From Raillietiella orientalis (taxonomy: Eukaryota), in contig JAYWIR010000006.1 of NCBI GenBank assembly GCA_036172245.1, forward strand, positions 3,968,001-4,032,000: DNA of 64,000 nt, given 5' to 3'. A model generated the notes under the pieces. The model worked only from the letters and a program-made list of their open reading frames with translations, was not told the DNA's origin and ran no database searches. Positions 25,001 through 37,899 of this stretch are shown in pieces (the first letter of the stretch is position 1; each line of letters starts with the position of its first letter). Both the position numbers and the translations under genes were made by a program.

Positions 25001-26307
25001 TTTTTTTTTTTTTTTTTTAAATGGCGTGCCCGAATATTCCCGAAAGCTTGGAAGGACGAACCTAATCACATGGGGAATGTAGATCCGTTTTGTGCCGAAG
25101 ATCACGTAAGTAGATTCTGAAAATTGCACCTTGTTAGTCGTGAGCTCAGCTCGTTACCCACCAAGAGCCGCTTTGAGTGTTCCGAGAAGAGGGCCGTACA
25201 AAGGAGGAATCGCGTGCGAAAAGGATTTTTCATGGCAGTTGATTGCGGGAATCTTCCGCCGCGCGTCATCCTCCAACAACGTGATGACCTACGTCATTCC
25301 TCCGCAGGCTGCTTCCATTTTCTCCGTTGACCTTTCCTTAACGACCGCCTTTTCTTTGCTGGTCGTTTGGCGCGGTCCGAAGAGGGGAGCCCTGACCGAG
25401 CTTTCTTCTTCCTTCCTCCCCCCTCCCTCCGTCCCCCTTTCTCCTTTGGCTCGCCACACCAGGCGTCGGGAAATTTTCCCCTTTTTTTTGGGGGGGGGGG
25501 CGGGGAAGGGGGGGCCGCCGTCTCTCGTCACCCGTCCCCGCTTGCGGGAGGGGGCGCGTCCAGCTCCCGGTCGGGCCCCGCGCGAGGCGGGCGGTCGTGC
25601 GGAGGGTCTCGCGCGTGCGAGTCGCTCCGTGCATGGGCGCCCACCTCGCGCGGGAGACGGAACCGCTCTCTTCCGCAGCAGCGGACGGCCCAGCATCCGC
25701 TCTTTCCACGCCGCTGAGCTTCCACCGTTGGCTGCCTCGGTCTCCCGACACGGGGCGCTCGTTAGCTGCGGTGCGCTCAGTTTTTTGGTTCAACGGCGCA
25801 GCCTTCAATTCGAAAACAAAGGGGGAGGACAAGGAAGGAGTGGGAACTCACGGAAAAGAAGGGGGAAATGCATCCGCGTCTGTTGGCGTTTGCCTTGGCG
25901 TAACGCGCGCGGCTCCGATGTCGGGCGTTTCCTACCCGGATGGTTCCTTTTCCCTTCATGCGTGGGAGGGGCCGAGGAGGGAGGGAATCCTGCACCACAG
26001 CTGCCGTCGCAAACCCTCCGTCATCTGCTCACTTTTCGCCGGGTTGTCGAGAGTCCGGGGACATCGCCCGGTGTATTCTTCGTTCCTACCCCTTCCCCTC
26101 CTCGCCCTAGCTACGAGGGTCTCGTCGACTCCCCCGCCGCCCCGCACTCCGTGCTGCTCCTTGCGCGAGCGCCTCCAGGTCGCGGCCGGCAGAGGGCAGG
26201 GGGGAGAGGGAGGGGCCAGCGAGCAAGCGGGCGCCCTGGAGGGAGGCGGGGGGTCGGGTCGGGTCGAAGCAGGGACCCTACAGATTGTCCTGTTTCAGCC
26301 CACAGGC

Positions 26308-29300
26308 ATGAACGGCTCGCCAAACGAGCGAACGGCGGCCGAGGGCGGCGTCTGGCGGGTGGGTCTGGTCAGCGACCAGGGGAAGTACCTGACCGCAGAG
26401 ACGTTCGGCTTCAAGATCAACGCAAGTGGCAACTCTTTCAAGAGAAAGCAGACGTGGTGCCTGCTGCCCTCAGGGAGCGGCGGTTGCGTGTGCCTGCGGT
26501 CCCACCTGAACCGCTACCTCGCCGTCGACCAGTTCGGGAACGTGGCGTGCGACTTGACCGACCGGGACGCCGACGCCGCCCGCTTCCAGCTGTCCTTCGC
26601 CCCGGACGGCCGCTGGCTCTTCCGCAACCTGGCCAAGGGCTACTACCTCGGTTGCGCGCCCGAGAAGGTCGTCTGCGAGTCCAAGAATCCCGGCCCCCGC
26701 GAGCGCTGGACCGCCCACCTGGCTTCCAACCCCCAAGTGAACGTGCGCTCCGTCGGCAGGAAACGCTTCCTGCGCCTCGACCCGGCGGCGGAGGGCGGCG
26801 GTGGCGGTGAGCTGCGCGCCGACGCCAACGTCGCCTGGGGGCCCGATACACTCTTCGCCCTGGAGTTCCGCGACGGCAAGTATACGGTCCGCGCCTCCAG
26901 CGGCGACTTCCTGAGCAGCGGCGGGGAGCTCCTGCCGCAGTGCTCCCGCGACTGCCTCTTCGTCCTGGAGTACCACGGCACGCAGTTCTCCCTGAAGGAC
27001 GTCTGCGGCAACTACCTGGCCCCGGTGGGGTCCAAGGCCGTCCTGCGGGCACGATCCCGCACCGTGACCAAGGACGAGCTCTTCCAGCTGGAGGAGACCT
27101 CGCCGCAGGCGTGCCTGGCCTCCTGCATGAACAGCCGATACGTCTCCGTCAAGCAAGGTGAGCGCGACAGCGAATGCTGCCCCCCTTCCCCCCCCGTCTT
27201 CGCAGCGACCGGGTGACCGCCTCGGGACTCCTCTCTGCCCACCCTTCCACCTCCTCCTCCTCCACCTCACAGGAGGAGGAAGGAAAACGCGGCCCGAGAT
27301 CCGCTGATTCCCTTTTGGAAGTCCCGCCCAGCCCGTTTCCCCCGGGAGGCGGCAGGCCCCGCCATGACGCGGAGAGGAACCGGGACCTCCTCGGCAACGG
27401 GCGCGCGGGGAGGGACGGGCGAAGTTTCCAAGGAGCTCGCATAGTATCGATGTCTGAGGAGTTTTTCCCCACTTTCCCCGTAGGTGCCCACCCCTCCCTG
27501 CGTCCCCTCGTTTTGCGCCTTCCTTCTCCTGTCCTTCTCCTCTGGCCGCCCGTCCCCGAGGGAAGCAGCCTCCCCTAGGCCAGGTCGACGGGGGAAGTCC
27601 CTGGGAGGAGGGGCGTGGAGCCTCCGCATCATTCGTCTTCCACCGTCCTCTCTCGAAGGACCGCCGCGTTGGTGCACTGGCGTCTCTCCCGCGTCCTCGC
27701 GGCCGCCCCCGTTCCTCCAGCTTGCGCGCGGGGTGAGCAGGATGGATGCACGCCGGCATCCCTGCCTGCTCCCTCCCTTCCGTTCACTCCGGGTACTTTG
27801 TTTTTTGTTTTGCAAGCGCAGCTTCCCCGTCTCGATCCTCCGCCTCGGAAGGCGCTGCACCTCATCCTCGGTCGCTTGCCCTTCCCCCTCTGGATCTCAG
27901 GGATGAGCCCGAGGCGATCCACGCCCCTCAGCCGCGGCTGCCCGGGCTCCTCTCCCCTTCGCCGACAAGGTGCGGGGTTGGGCGTGGCGCATTCCGGCGA
28001 AAGGGCCATACGCGCACTCCAGCCCCGCGCTGGGCGTCATCATGGGAACGGCTCGAAATCCACGTTCGCGCCGTTGGCTGCGGCAGACGTCGGAGGAGCT
28101 CTCTGGTTAGGGGAAGGGGGTGTACCCCTGTGGAGGTGAGAGGCGACTCAAGGCACGCGGACCGCCCGAAACCTCGTCGGGCGGGTGGCTGCTTGCTCTC
28201 GGGTTGGGGGTCATCGGGGTCCATCCGAGCGCACCCCGCGCGCTTCTTCCTCCGCCCCGTCGGCTCTAGGGTGAATGCCGAGCCGGAGGCACGCTGGTGG
28301 GAAGTCTTCGGGCCTCCCGGATAAGCGCGCGGCCAGCTCGCCGGCAGCTTTCGTCGTCTGGGTCGCACCTGGTGGCGGCGGCTTCCACGCGGCAGCGGGC
28401 GCGGCGCAGCCCTGCTGCCGCCGTGGGGGAGGAAGGGAGAGCACGCGCTCCCAGCCGCCCGGCACGCCGGGTTCTCCCCTCCCCTCGCCAGCCGACGAGG
28501 AGGGCGGGGAAGAGGCGCGCGCGTCCCGTCCCTGCTCGTCCGTGCTACTGGGGGTGTGGCACCCGTCCGGAACCCTGAAGTCCGAGGGGGGCGCGCAGAG
28601 GAAAAAACTCCCCCGTATTCCCTCCAAACGTGCCACTTTGTTCCCAGGAGTCGACCTTACGGCGAACCAGGATGAGATCGGGGAGTCGGAGACCTTCCAA
28701 TTGGAGTTCGTCCCGGACGTGCAGCGCTGGTACATCCGCACGATGCAGGACAAGTACTGGGTGCTCGAGGCCAGCGGGGGCGTGCAGGCCTCCGGCAGCG
28801 GAAAGTATGGCTCCCCTCCCGCCTCTTCCCTCCCCCCTCCATTCCCGCGCCGCCACAGCCTGCGCCATCGCAGGTGTGCCGCTCAACTCTGCCTTCCCGG
28901 GACGCCCCGGCGAAGTACAACATGTCTTGTCCCCGATCGATCCCCACAGCTCCCGGAGCGAGCAGCGCCGCCGCCCTCGGCGGGAGCGGTCGCGCGCGCG
29001 CGCGTCGGCGGCAGTAGTGCTGGCGAGGGGACCGGCGACGGGCTCGACGGTGCCCTTGAAATCCCTTCGGAATCGCGGGAAGCTCCCGGAAGGCGGCGGA
29101 GGAGTCCCTCCCCTTCCTCCTCATCCGTGGCGGCGGTCGGTCCCTCATGCCCTCGAGGGGTGGAGGGACGCCCTCAAGGGCATCTCAGCTCCCGCGAGAG
29201 CGCATCCCCCCCGGAGCTCGTGCGCGCGGATGGGTTTCCCGTACCTCCGGAGCGGTCCGCTCGGCTGCCGCATCCACGTGGATCCGCCCGCCTTCCGAGG

Positions 29301-32300
29301 CCCGGTAGCGCTGCCGGGCGAGGGGGACGCCGTCCCTTTGGGAGCGGAGGGGAACCCGACCCTTCTTCCCCCTTCCGCTGGCGGAAGCACCTCGCGCCCT
29401 GCCCCTTCGATCGATGCCGGTCCAACCAACCAGCCCGCGTCCCGTAGATGCCGGGGAAATTCCTGGAATGTGGGGTTCCCCCGCCTCGGAATGCGCGGCA
29501 TCACCTTGCTGTTTTTCCCTGCGGTTCTCGACCGCCTTGGCACGTGTTGCTGCACGTTGCCGGAGCAACCGCTTCCTCTTCTCCCTCTCCCACTTCCTCC
29601 TCCTCCTGAGGTTTTTGCCTCCCTGGCACCCGCTCATCCGTCTCGGGAGCCCCCAGGAAGCGCCTCCGCCGCCTGTAACTTGCGCGGGGAAAAAAATGGC
29701 GGCGGCGCCGCTTCGGGGACAAGATCATTCAGCTGACAGTGGAATCCGGGTTAGACGACTCGGGGGTGGGGGGTGGGTGGGCGTCTACGTGGGATCTGCC
29801 GGAGGCGGCTGCTGTCAACTCCGCTGCCCTCGCTGTCCGCCGGTGGGGAGTCGCGGGGGAGTGGAGGGGCGACCACCCGCAGTCACTTCCACGGTATCCG
29901 GTGCGACCGGCACCCTCCTTCCAGGAACGCGGACAACCACTTCGAGCTGCTGTGGGGTCCAGCCGGGAAGGTGCAGCTGCGCGCCGCCAACGGCAAGTTC
30001 GTAAGCACCAAGAAGTCCGGCCATCTGTACACCAGCGGCGCGGAGCCGACCCAGGACAATGCGCAGTTCCATTTCTACCTACTGAACAGGTGGGCACCCC
30101 CTCCCCCCCCCCGCGCGTGCACCCCGCTCGCGAGTGACAGCAAGCGTGCACGCGCATGAATGCTTGTACACATTTCTGCGCGCACGCACGCAAACACATG
30201 CACGCACCTGCGACGCTACATGCGCATGCGCAGCGTTCGCTCGTGTGCCGCACTCGCGCGCGTGCACGCGTTCCAAAGTGCGTGCGCACGTGTACACGGA
30301 AGTGCACGCACGCACATTCACGCATCTGTGTATGCACCGTTACGTGCTCATGCGTGCATCCAAGCGTTCTTGCATGTGATCGCGTGCGCACTTGTGGAAA
30401 AGCGTGCAAGTGCGCATGCGCAGGAAAGGGAGATCCACTTGGTTCCCCTTTCCTGCACCTCAAACCGAAAGGCTCCTGGGTCCGCTCCACGTGGACCACG
30501 ATATCCACGCGGAGCTACTTTTTTTTTTTTCTCGTGTTGGCGAGGTCCCGCTGCCTTTCGAACGCGAAGGAGGCCCCTTGCCCGACCGAGAACGCGCGCC
30601 CTTGTCCGCCAGAGGACGCGAGCCCCGATGTCACCGTGGCAGCAGGGGGAGGGGAACATTCCCCGCCTTACGCTACCCCGAGGGCATCCGGGAACAGCTC
30701 CTGGGCGACGCAACATCCAAGAGTGTTGCGCGTCCCGGGTCGTCTTCGAGGTGGCGCGCCTGTGGCGGTGCCGATGAAACCGTAGAATAAGGAGACTTCG
30801 CTCACGGCAGCGCGGATGACGCCTTGGTCCGCCTGAGGAAGGGCAGGGGGGGGGGGGATGGGGTCTAAGCCCGCGCGTGTGCGCGACTGAAGTTCTGGGC
30901 TGGCTCTCCTGCCTTCCTCTCGCGTCTTCGGGATTCGGAAACTCAACGGCTCCGCTCCGGGTGGGGAGGGTCCAGTTCCTTTCGTACGGTGTTCGCGTGA
31001 CCCCGACCGCACGCGGCCGCCTCTGCACCGGGAAAAGGGCCCCGGCCGTTCCTTCCTCGTTGAAATCGCGGCAGCGCTTCCCCGAGAGCGCGCCGGACGG
31101 GGCCTTCTTCCGCTCGCGGCTGGCATCTCTTGCCGTCCTGCGCACCTCGCGCAGCCTTTCCGAACACTCTGCCGCGAGTCCCCCCTGTCGCCGAGGTGCG
31201 CATCCGGAGGTGGGCGCTCGGCGGTGGCTCCCGTGCTTCTTCCTGCCCTCCGGTTGCTCCGATGCGAATTTGGCACCTCCGCCCTGCTTGAATTTCGCAC
31301 CGGCCGGCACTCGTCGGGCCGGGATCCACTTCCAGCACCTCCCGAATTTCCCAGACTTCGGAGCGCCAGACTCCGAAGTTACCTCAGCTGCCTGCCGTCA
31401 GGAGCGCGGGAATGAGATCCGTGCCTGTTGCCGTTGGCAACGCGTTCACCCACAATAATGTGCGCCTGCTGCTGCTGCTTGAGCCTACGCGACCATGTGC
31501 ATAAACGTCTCTCCGTACATACGTTTACATATACACACACATATATATATACACGTACGACGCATGCCTTATCGAAACGCGTATGCGTGTTGCGTGTGTC
31601 CATTAAAGCAGAAGATGCATCCGGGAAAATGGCCGCGCTCCGCTCCTCGCCGCGACGATTCATCCCGCCCGGAGGAGGCAGCTGCCGTTCGGGTTGCCAT
31701 CTCCCTGTCTCCCCTGCGCCACGATCGGCCCACGCCCCCAGCCGCCTGCCGGGCGCGTGGGGCCCTGCCGGTGCACCGTGAGCGGCATCTCTGACCCCGA
31801 AGCGCCTCTTCCAGGCCTCTTCTGATTCTCAAGTGCGACCAAGGATTCGTGGGCGCGAAGAGCGGCGCCGGAGCCCCGAAGCTGGAGTGCAACAAGGCGT
31901 CTTACGACAGGGTCTACATCGAAAGAGGCGACGCAGGGAGGCTGTTCTTCCGAGGTACGTATTCCCCTTGCTCCCGGTTCTCCAAGTCCCGGCGCGAGCA
32001 AGACGCCACGCGGCGAAGGAGTTACGCGGTGGTCTCGCGCGAGGGGAGCGCGCGCCGTGCATCCGCGGGATGTCAAGGGCCGCGCCACAGCCGCGCTTTC
32101 CGCAGGTCCGCCCGGCGAAACGCGCCCAACCGGCGGGATGGCGTCTGGGCGCGACTGCGATTCCCTCCCCTTCGGGCACTTCCCTTCTTCGGCGCGGGGC
32201 GATCCCAAGAGATCCGACGGGGAAGGGGGAAAAGCCGTTTCCCGGGAAGCGATCTCCGGGGCACAATTCCCAACGTCCAACCCTGGCAGGGAGAGGCGTG

Positions 32301-34690
32301 GCTCCTGATGCCGCTGTCTTGTGGCAATCGTGTCGATCGCCGCACCGCTGTGGACGGTGGCGCGCCACGAAGCCGCAGGCGTTCTTGCAGCCGGAGGTGG
32401 GGAGGTGGGCATGATGGACGAGCCTCGGCAGCGTCGCACCGCGTTAGCTTCCCTAAGAAGGGTGGCGAGGAAGGCGCCCTACCGGGCTACTGAAGACACA
32501 GCAACACCCTAAAGGCGACTGCGCGGGCGGTCTGGTCCGCACCCGGATCGCTCGGTCTCCCCGTCCATCATCCCGTGGAGCGCATGCGTGAATTCTATCT
32601 CTCGCAATTCTCTCTCGTGGGCCGCGGGTTCTCAAACCGCGCAGTTTCGGCTGCGACCCCCGTGAGCCCCGTAAGTGGCAGGGGTCGGTCCATCGACCTG
32701 ACCTCAGTGGCGTCCACCGTTTGCGAACGTTCACTCGGTGGTAGGGAAGGCCGAGTCGAGTTCCTCCTCCGGTGCCTCACGGCTTCCTGGAGCACCGACG
32801 ATCGCACAGCGACAGCGAGGAAGAGCGCCAGATGGCGCCAGAAGGGAACCGGCGGCGTGAAAGGGGAGGAAGCGGCGCGCGCCTAGTCACCGGTGCGGCA
32901 GGAGAAAACATTTATTTCCTTCGGAGAGATGGTATTTCCCGGATAGCCTCCTCGTCCTGCGACGGCGACCAGGGATCCTCCGCTTGTCAGCCACTCCATA
33001 CGGTTCTGCCGCGTGTGCCGCGAGAGCGCTCTCGACCTCTGGCAATGGGGACCGCTGCAGTCGGGGTCTGGGCTCTCGGCACAGGCCGACTGACGCAGCT
33101 GCCGGCAGGGGCGCTTCACGCACGCGCCGAGGGGTAGGGGCGCAGCGCAGCCTGCACGCAGGGTGGCCGGTCAGGGCTCGCGGACAGACCGGCGAGGGAG
33201 GGCCATCTGGGCGCGCACGTGTGGGACGGCATCGGCTCTCGCCATCCCTGCTCAGCTTCCGCTGTGAGCCCAGCCGGATAGAGGGGTCGGCGGGGGGTCG
33301 TCCGACTGACCAGAGAACGCCTTGCTCGCGATCGAGAGGGACGGACACGCGGATTCGGGCTGCGCTCGCGGCCTCCCCGGTACTCCATCGTCGTCCCTCC
33401 CTCGGATCCCAGCACACGCGGTATCCAACCGCAGGAACGGCGACTTCCGATTGGCAGTGAAGGAGGCGAGGCCGCCGGGGGATGGCACGGTCGCCTCAGG
33501 CGGTGGCTCTCCGCTCCGGCTGCATCCAACACCGACGCTGTTCCGCGAAGGGATGCAACGCACGTCCCGCGCGAACGCGTCGGTGTTCGCCCTCGGCGAC
33601 CGGGAGCTCACGTGGCCCTTGAACCAGGACTAGGTGGGCTTTCCGTGCTGCATCCCCATTAGACCAACTCCCTCCTCCCGGCCCCCGTGAGCCCTGCGGC
33701 ATCTTCTCGTAAGGCATCCCTAGTCAGCGAAGAGGGGAGGCGTTGGTAGGAGGCGTCGGTGCCTAGACGCGAACCCGCACTGACCCGCGTTCAAAGCCGC
33801 GTGATAGGTTTGCATCCCGAGCTCATTTTTTCCCGATGCTGCTGCCGCCGAGCTGGCGGTGGCAGCGGCGCCAGGCACCGCGTAGAGCCATCGATCGGCG
33901 TAGACGCAGCTCGAGAAGCAAGCAGCTTCCCTCTCTTCCGCGCGTAGCGCACTCGCTCGTTCTGCCCGCCGCAGAGTAGCGTTGGGCGTCCGACGCCGCT
34001 CGGCAGCCACACGCCCTCTCGCCGCCACTGCCGCGCGTGCGTGCGCTAGCAACTTCGCACGTGCGTGAGTGGGGACCTCTCAAAACGCGGGCAGCCTGAG
34101 CCTCCCTCACGCTGCCACCGCGCGTGCGCGCTGCACCGCTCTGTATCCGCTCTGTACGCGGTTGGATCCATGTGCTGGGTTCGCTCCCAGGCGGTCAGTA
34201 CATCTTTCCGGTTCTCTTGAGCACTCGTTTCCTCGGCGACGAACGGCCGCAGATGGCACCGGGAGACGTTCCGGAAAGCCAGGAGAGCGAAAGTCGGACG
34301 GCTTTCGGTTGCCTGCTCATGCTCCACCGCGTTTTCACGCACTGCGGCCTTCGGGAGTCACGCTCGCTCCCCAGGCGGCTCTCCAGGGAGGAGGGGCATG
34401 GACTGTCGCCCCCCTTTTCTACATAAAGTATTCCGAACTCTGTCAGCGCTCTCGTCCAAGCCACACGTCTTTTCCTCCGGTCCACAGGTGCGGATGGGCG
34501 GTTCTGGCATCGCGTCGCGGACGAGATCCATGCAGATGCCGAGGACCCGGAAGGATTCTACATGGAGGTGCTCAGCCCTTCCAGGATGCTGCTAAAGACT
34601 GCCTGCGGCAAATACCTGACCGCTGGGACGAATGGCCGGCTCTCCGCCGTCTCGGACGACCGCAACATGGCTACCAAGTGGGAATACTAG
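26308..34690 (+). CDS. sn: Fascin (singed) actin-bundling protein, 504 aa; exons 26308-27157, 28648-28804, 29925-30089, 31815-31954, 34488-34690
   Basis: GKYLTAETFGFKINASGNSFKRKQTW (regulatory Ser region), YVSVKQ|GVDLTANQDE, LRAANGKFV, NRPLLILKCDQGFVG and terminal KWEY*. The exons sum to 1515 nt with GT-AG junctions in phase. Confidence 0.95.
30140..30422. repeat. Degenerate alternating purine-pyrimidine (CA/CG/TG) microsatellite in fascin intron 3
   Basis: About 280 nt of GCAC/GCGT/GCAT/ACAC units. Confidence 0.8.
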
Positions 34691-34949
34691 GGACCGACCT
34701 TCCCTCTGGCCCCCGCCCGTCACGCGGTGGTCCCCGCAGACCAGCACGCGGGCCAACAGAGAGCTCGCAAGAAGCTGCGTTCCTTTTTCAGGTTTGGGAG
34801 AAGGGGGACAGGGGACGGAACGGAGGGAGCGACTCCACTTCCCTCCCGGGAGCGGGAGGGTTGCCTCCTTTGGGTCCTTCTCAAGCGGAGTAGGCCGGGA
34901 AGCAGCCGGCACTGCGGAATGGAGTCCCCTGGAAGGCACCGGACTGACG

Positions 34950-37788
34950 CGGGTCTTCCGGCAGGCAGACGGAGGCGCGGCCCGTCTGCCGCGAACCAAG
35001 AACCTCTCCCGTCAGTGGTCGCGGCGAGCGAAGACCTGAAGGAAAAGCAGTGGCGCCCACTCCTCCTGTCTGCCCTTCCAAACCAGGACGCTCCCTCTTC
35101 CCCTCGGAACGGCCTGGTCCGTCGAGCCTCGGGAGAGGGTGGGGCGCTGCAGCCTGCCGGGCCTCTCCTCCGCAAGGGGCCCACAGAGGAACGGCCCTTC
35201 TTTCTGAGGATCCGGAGCCGTTGGCAGAGCTGGCAGAGGCGCACGCTAGAACCACTCGGGGCCTCGCCTGCACCTGCGACGCTGTGGCAGAAGAGGCGAT
35301 GCACAGACCCCCGCTCGCGGCCTCGCCTCCTTCGCTGCGGGCGAATTGGTTAGGCGAGGAGTCCCTCTCCCGCATTCAGGGCAAACGACCGGACGCCCCA
35401 ACAGCTCGAGGGGCAGGCAGACAGGCCGCGTCGGGCAGGACGGGCAGCCAGGGGTTTGCGCCCTCCGCCACCCGCCAGGCGTGGCAGTGCGTCGATCCTG
35501 AGCGCCCCTTTCTGCAAAACGAGCGGCCATCTGGTAGCAGACGTTCGCTCGATGCACGCGTCTCCGCTCTGGAGACTACCGCTATTTACAGGCGCGCGTT
35601 GACTCCACGGTCTGATTCCAGGGAGGGTCCAGACAACCCTTGGTCTTCATCGACACTCTGCGGTTGGAGGCTGCGGCTTCAAGGAAACGCCTTCCGAGGT
35701 GCTGCCTGCTCCTTCGGCAGGCTGCCAGGAGCGACGGCCTCCCTAACGCGACCCAGGAACCCGTCGGAGAAAGCGGAGCACGCGGGCCGCACACGTCTGG
35801 GTCCCGAACGCGAGCCTTAGCGCGAATTTCCTGGGTGACCTTGGGAAGCGCCTCGGCTGTTTGCGTACGGTTTCTCCCGGGAGCTGGGAGGAACAGAAGA
35901 ACATGCAGCGGAGGAGTGCAGGAACTCCGCCAGCGAACAGCTGGCGGAGTTCCTTTCGGGGTGCTTTGGGGGGAAGGGGTGTGGGGAGACCAGACGGAAA
36001 AAAACAAAACGTGCAGGCACCACGAAGGACGGGTTGCCAGTCTACGCGGCCACCCTCCGTCACTGAGCTTCCAGCTCCGCGTGGTAGGATCCCGGCGAGG
36101 CGGCCTTCCTCCTGCCTCAGGCAGCACTCGAGAGGACTGTTGCTTCTGGCGGCAATCCGTCCGGGTCGAGGGGACGCCGCACCCCCGTCACCAGTGCAGG
36201 AGTTCGTCTGCAGGGTTCCCTCCCTGGATGAGGGGCACCACATAGGTCTAGAAGCGGATAAAGGATGGGTTCTCCCACGTCGAGCAGTTCGCTCCGCGAG
36301 GAGAGGGAAGAAGGGTGCACCGCGACGGCTCACCCGTGACCTCGTCCCCTGAGCCGTTCCCATGTGATTTTCCCCCTTGGCGGCCGAGCGAGTACTGAGC
36401 GGCGACTAGGGCCTTCCCTCGCAGGCGGGAGTCTCTTTGAGGCGGCGGCCCTGCAACCAGGGCATGGGAACACCCGCCGCCCTGGCCAGGTACTGGACTC
36501 CCCCCGCCATCCGGAACCTCGCCTGATTGGTGACGCCTCCGCTCTTCAGGGTAGAGCTCAAGACTCCTTACTTGAGATGGAGCCATTGCACACGCCATCC
36601 ACAGGGACAACCATGGTGATCGCCGCACATTCTGCCTCGCCCAGGCAGGCAGGCCCTACGTTTCCCTAGGGTTTACGGCCAGTCGAACGCTGGCGGAGGT
36701 GAAGGTGACTTCTGGGAGCCCATGCTTTCCGTTCCATTCGGCGAGCTGGCATCGCAGCACTAGGGTCGATGCCTCCTGGATGGGCCCAGCTCCTAACCGA
36801 AAATTCAGACAAACCTCCAGGCAAAGACGTGGGTCTCCCCAACCCTTTTACTCCAGCCGCCTCCCTAGCAAGTTGCTCGAATGTGCGGCTACGCAACCCC
36901 GCGCACAGATCAGCATCGACATCGCCAGGAGTCCACTGTCCTCATAGTCAGGCGGACGAAAGAAAGGAAAAAAAAATCGGACGATTCGCTACGTCCCCTT
37001 ATAATCCTCTGGCATGCTCTAGGTCACCATCCCCTGCAACGTCTCATACAGCAACACTCCGAAGCACTTTACCCCCACAACACTAGCACAGTGCGTTAGA
37101 ACACCCGTTCTCACTTCAAAGCGCAACAGCATGCGCGGACTATCGGCACACTATACCGATACACGCCTTACACACCACAACACAAGGCCGTCCCCCTTCG
37201 GTGGAAACAGGACGCTTTTCTGCTGGTGCATTGGGGTCTGTATTGCAACCAGCGCGCGCACCTGCTTTCCGGGGGAGTCGCGCCCCCGAACTGTGCAAAA
37301 TGCGTAGCGGTGGAATCGCTCCCGCACTTGCTATTCGACTGCGGTGCCCTCCAGGGACTGTGACGGTGGCTGTCTTCAGCGCTCCTGCATCCGGGGGACA
37401 CGCGTGGCGGCCTATCTCTTGGAGCGGTCGTCGCAATCATCTGCTGCGTCCGCGCCATTGTCAGGGCCCTCCACATTGCAGCTGCGAGCGGTCCCAACAT
37501 CGGTTCCCGACAGCGCAGCCTGCAATCTGCAACCGACTGCCGGGTGGCCACACCTCGACGAAGAAGTGAGCATGGAGATTGCCGGCATTCACCGCCGGTT
37601 CTGAGAATAGGAACGGCTGAAACTGCAGACCCCCTATCCCCACCCGCCTACTATTTTTATTTATTATTGTCCCTTCCCTGCCATTCTGAACCATCAGTAT
37701 GCCCGACCTGCGTGTCGGGAAACCCTCCCCCTTAACTTCTGTTCCCCTTGCCTGGAAACTATGTTCCCAGATGATTTCTTATAATAAA
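34950..37788 (+). mobile_element. Decayed L1/Tx1-like non-LTR retrotransposon (copy C)
   Basis: KQWRPLLL (~35045; cf. NWRPISLL), zinc knuckle PNCAKCVAVESLPHLLFDC (37286-37342) homologous to copy A, and AATAAA at 37783-37788. The 5' boundary is approximate. Confidence 0.7.
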
Positions 37789-37792
37789 CATA

Positions 37793-37814
37793 CCGGCGTA
37801 ACTGGGTAACAAAC
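37793..37814 (-). other. SL2-like 22-mer abutting the 3' end of copy C
   Basis: Minus strand GTTTGTTACCCAGTTACGCCGG, 16/22 identical to C. elegans SL2. It is 4 nt from AATAAA. Confidence 0.45.
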
Positions 37815-37899
37815 GACGCAAGGCCGTGGTACACACTCTACACAGCAACCACCTGCGCGCTGTTCTACGACTCTTTGGTGCTCCATCGCGCCTGGACAC

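Noticed and set aside
25597..26307. N-terminal extension of the fascin ORF (539-aa track ORF)
   Set aside because: Low-complexity GC-rich sequence with no fascin similarity. A TTTCAG acceptor precedes the ATG at 26308.
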